From: Octopus bimaculoides
Taxonomy: Eukaryota
Direction: 5' to 3'
NCBI RefSeq assembly: GCF_001194135.2
Contig: NC_068982.1
Span: 34,602,844-34,636,510 of the forward strand
Length of the DNA stretch: 33,667 nt
The position numbers and the translations under genes are program-made. The notes beneath the pieces were generated by a model. That model was not told the DNA's origin, made no database searches, and worked only from the letters and a program-made list of their open reading frames with translations. Below are positions 32,577-33,667 of the stretch, one piece after another (within the stretch, counting starts at the first letter, position 1; each line of letters opens with the position of its first letter).

Positions 32577-33667
32577 TATATAATATATATATATTAATAC
32601 ATACTCTCTGTGCACACACACAAACACACACATATATAGATATCTATGGGTGGGTGTCTATATTTGGACTATACACGTCCATACATATATAGATACATAC
32701 GTACATGCACCACACACGCACACACACATACACACACACATTTTCATATGATATATGTAATGCATAATACTCTCATGTGCATGTATATGCTTCATATTTC
32801 CTACATGCTTCTTTTCTTTCTTGCAAGATATAATATAATTTATAAACTTATACCTATGCGTATTCCTGTGTGTATTTATCCTGCTCACCGTAATTACTCT
32901 ACCAGCTAAGTAAGCAACCTATTATAATGACCATTTCATTACAAATAGCATAGTATATGTTATAGGCAGATAGCTATTACGTAAGTCGTCCATTGTAGTA
33001 GTGAGATTGATAATTACTCCACTCCTTATTCTCCCGCCTCCACTCCATTATATGTAGTTTAGATGATTGTGTAGGAGAGGAATAGTGTTCATAGACTGGC
33101 AAACGATTGTCTTACACACATATACCAACACACACACACACACAAACACGCGCGCGCGCACACACACACGCACGCACGCACTACGAAAACGTATATACAC
33201 CAGAGAAGCTGCAGCATAATTTGTAGGAAGGGGTTTTCTTATTCGATCGCTAGATCAATATTCCAGAAATGATACTCAAATCTTCTGTAGATAACACGCT
33301 ATTGTTCATAGCCAACGAATTCGCCACAGCTTCGTCACTCAATCTGTTGGACACATTCCTTGAATCTTCTTGGAGACACATAATGATGGGATGGACATAA
33401 TTGTTTTATGCCCAACAATTGCCCGACCTTATCTCCTGTGGCCAAAGGACTTAGGCTTATATAGAATAGAGTAGAAAACAACTGTTTTTGCATAATTTAA
33501 ATAAAAGTAAGTTAAAGACTATGAGATTGTCTCCCTTTCTCATGCGAAGCTGGTCATAGTTGATATTTGGTAATTATGATACATCCTTCGTAGACAGAGA
33601 TAGTTTTTAATATATCATAAAATTTCGTGGTACGACCTTTGACGCACTGGTATTTGTCTCGCTCCCT

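Overview
Repeat-dominated eukaryotic DNA from a gapped draft assembly, with nine N-gaps (2178-2587, 5786-5920, 10089-10433, 18765-19354, 20966-21484, 22357-22450, 23790-24559, ~25686-26216, 32152-32377). The two abundant tRNA-headed SINE families and the microsatellite load suggest an octopus genome; this is inferred from pattern recognition, not a search. I cannot securely identify a host gene. Nearly all listed ORFs are microsatellite or N-run artefacts, or transposon remnants. Supported content: a ~3.6 kb degenerate R4/Dong-type (RLE) non-LTR retrotransposon and a 3' stub of a second RLE family, both associated with (AAT)n; a DD37D (maT) transposase pseudogene and a second maT C-terminus; a mariner 3' end with TIR; an internally deleted Tc1 with both TIRs and an open DNA-binding-domain ORF; a Penelope-like RT/GIY-YIG remnant; a Tx1/L1 ORF2 fragment; small CR1/L2 and RTE RT remnants; about 18 SINE copies or fragments; many simple repeats. 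The most interesting observations are structural: LINE targeting of a SINE tail microsatellite, an in-frame poly-Val expansion inside the endonuclease motif, a near-identical inverted 100-bp copy splitting a SINE, a 72-bp direct duplication around an insert, and several microhomology junctions. A few isolated exon candidates are given at low confidence.
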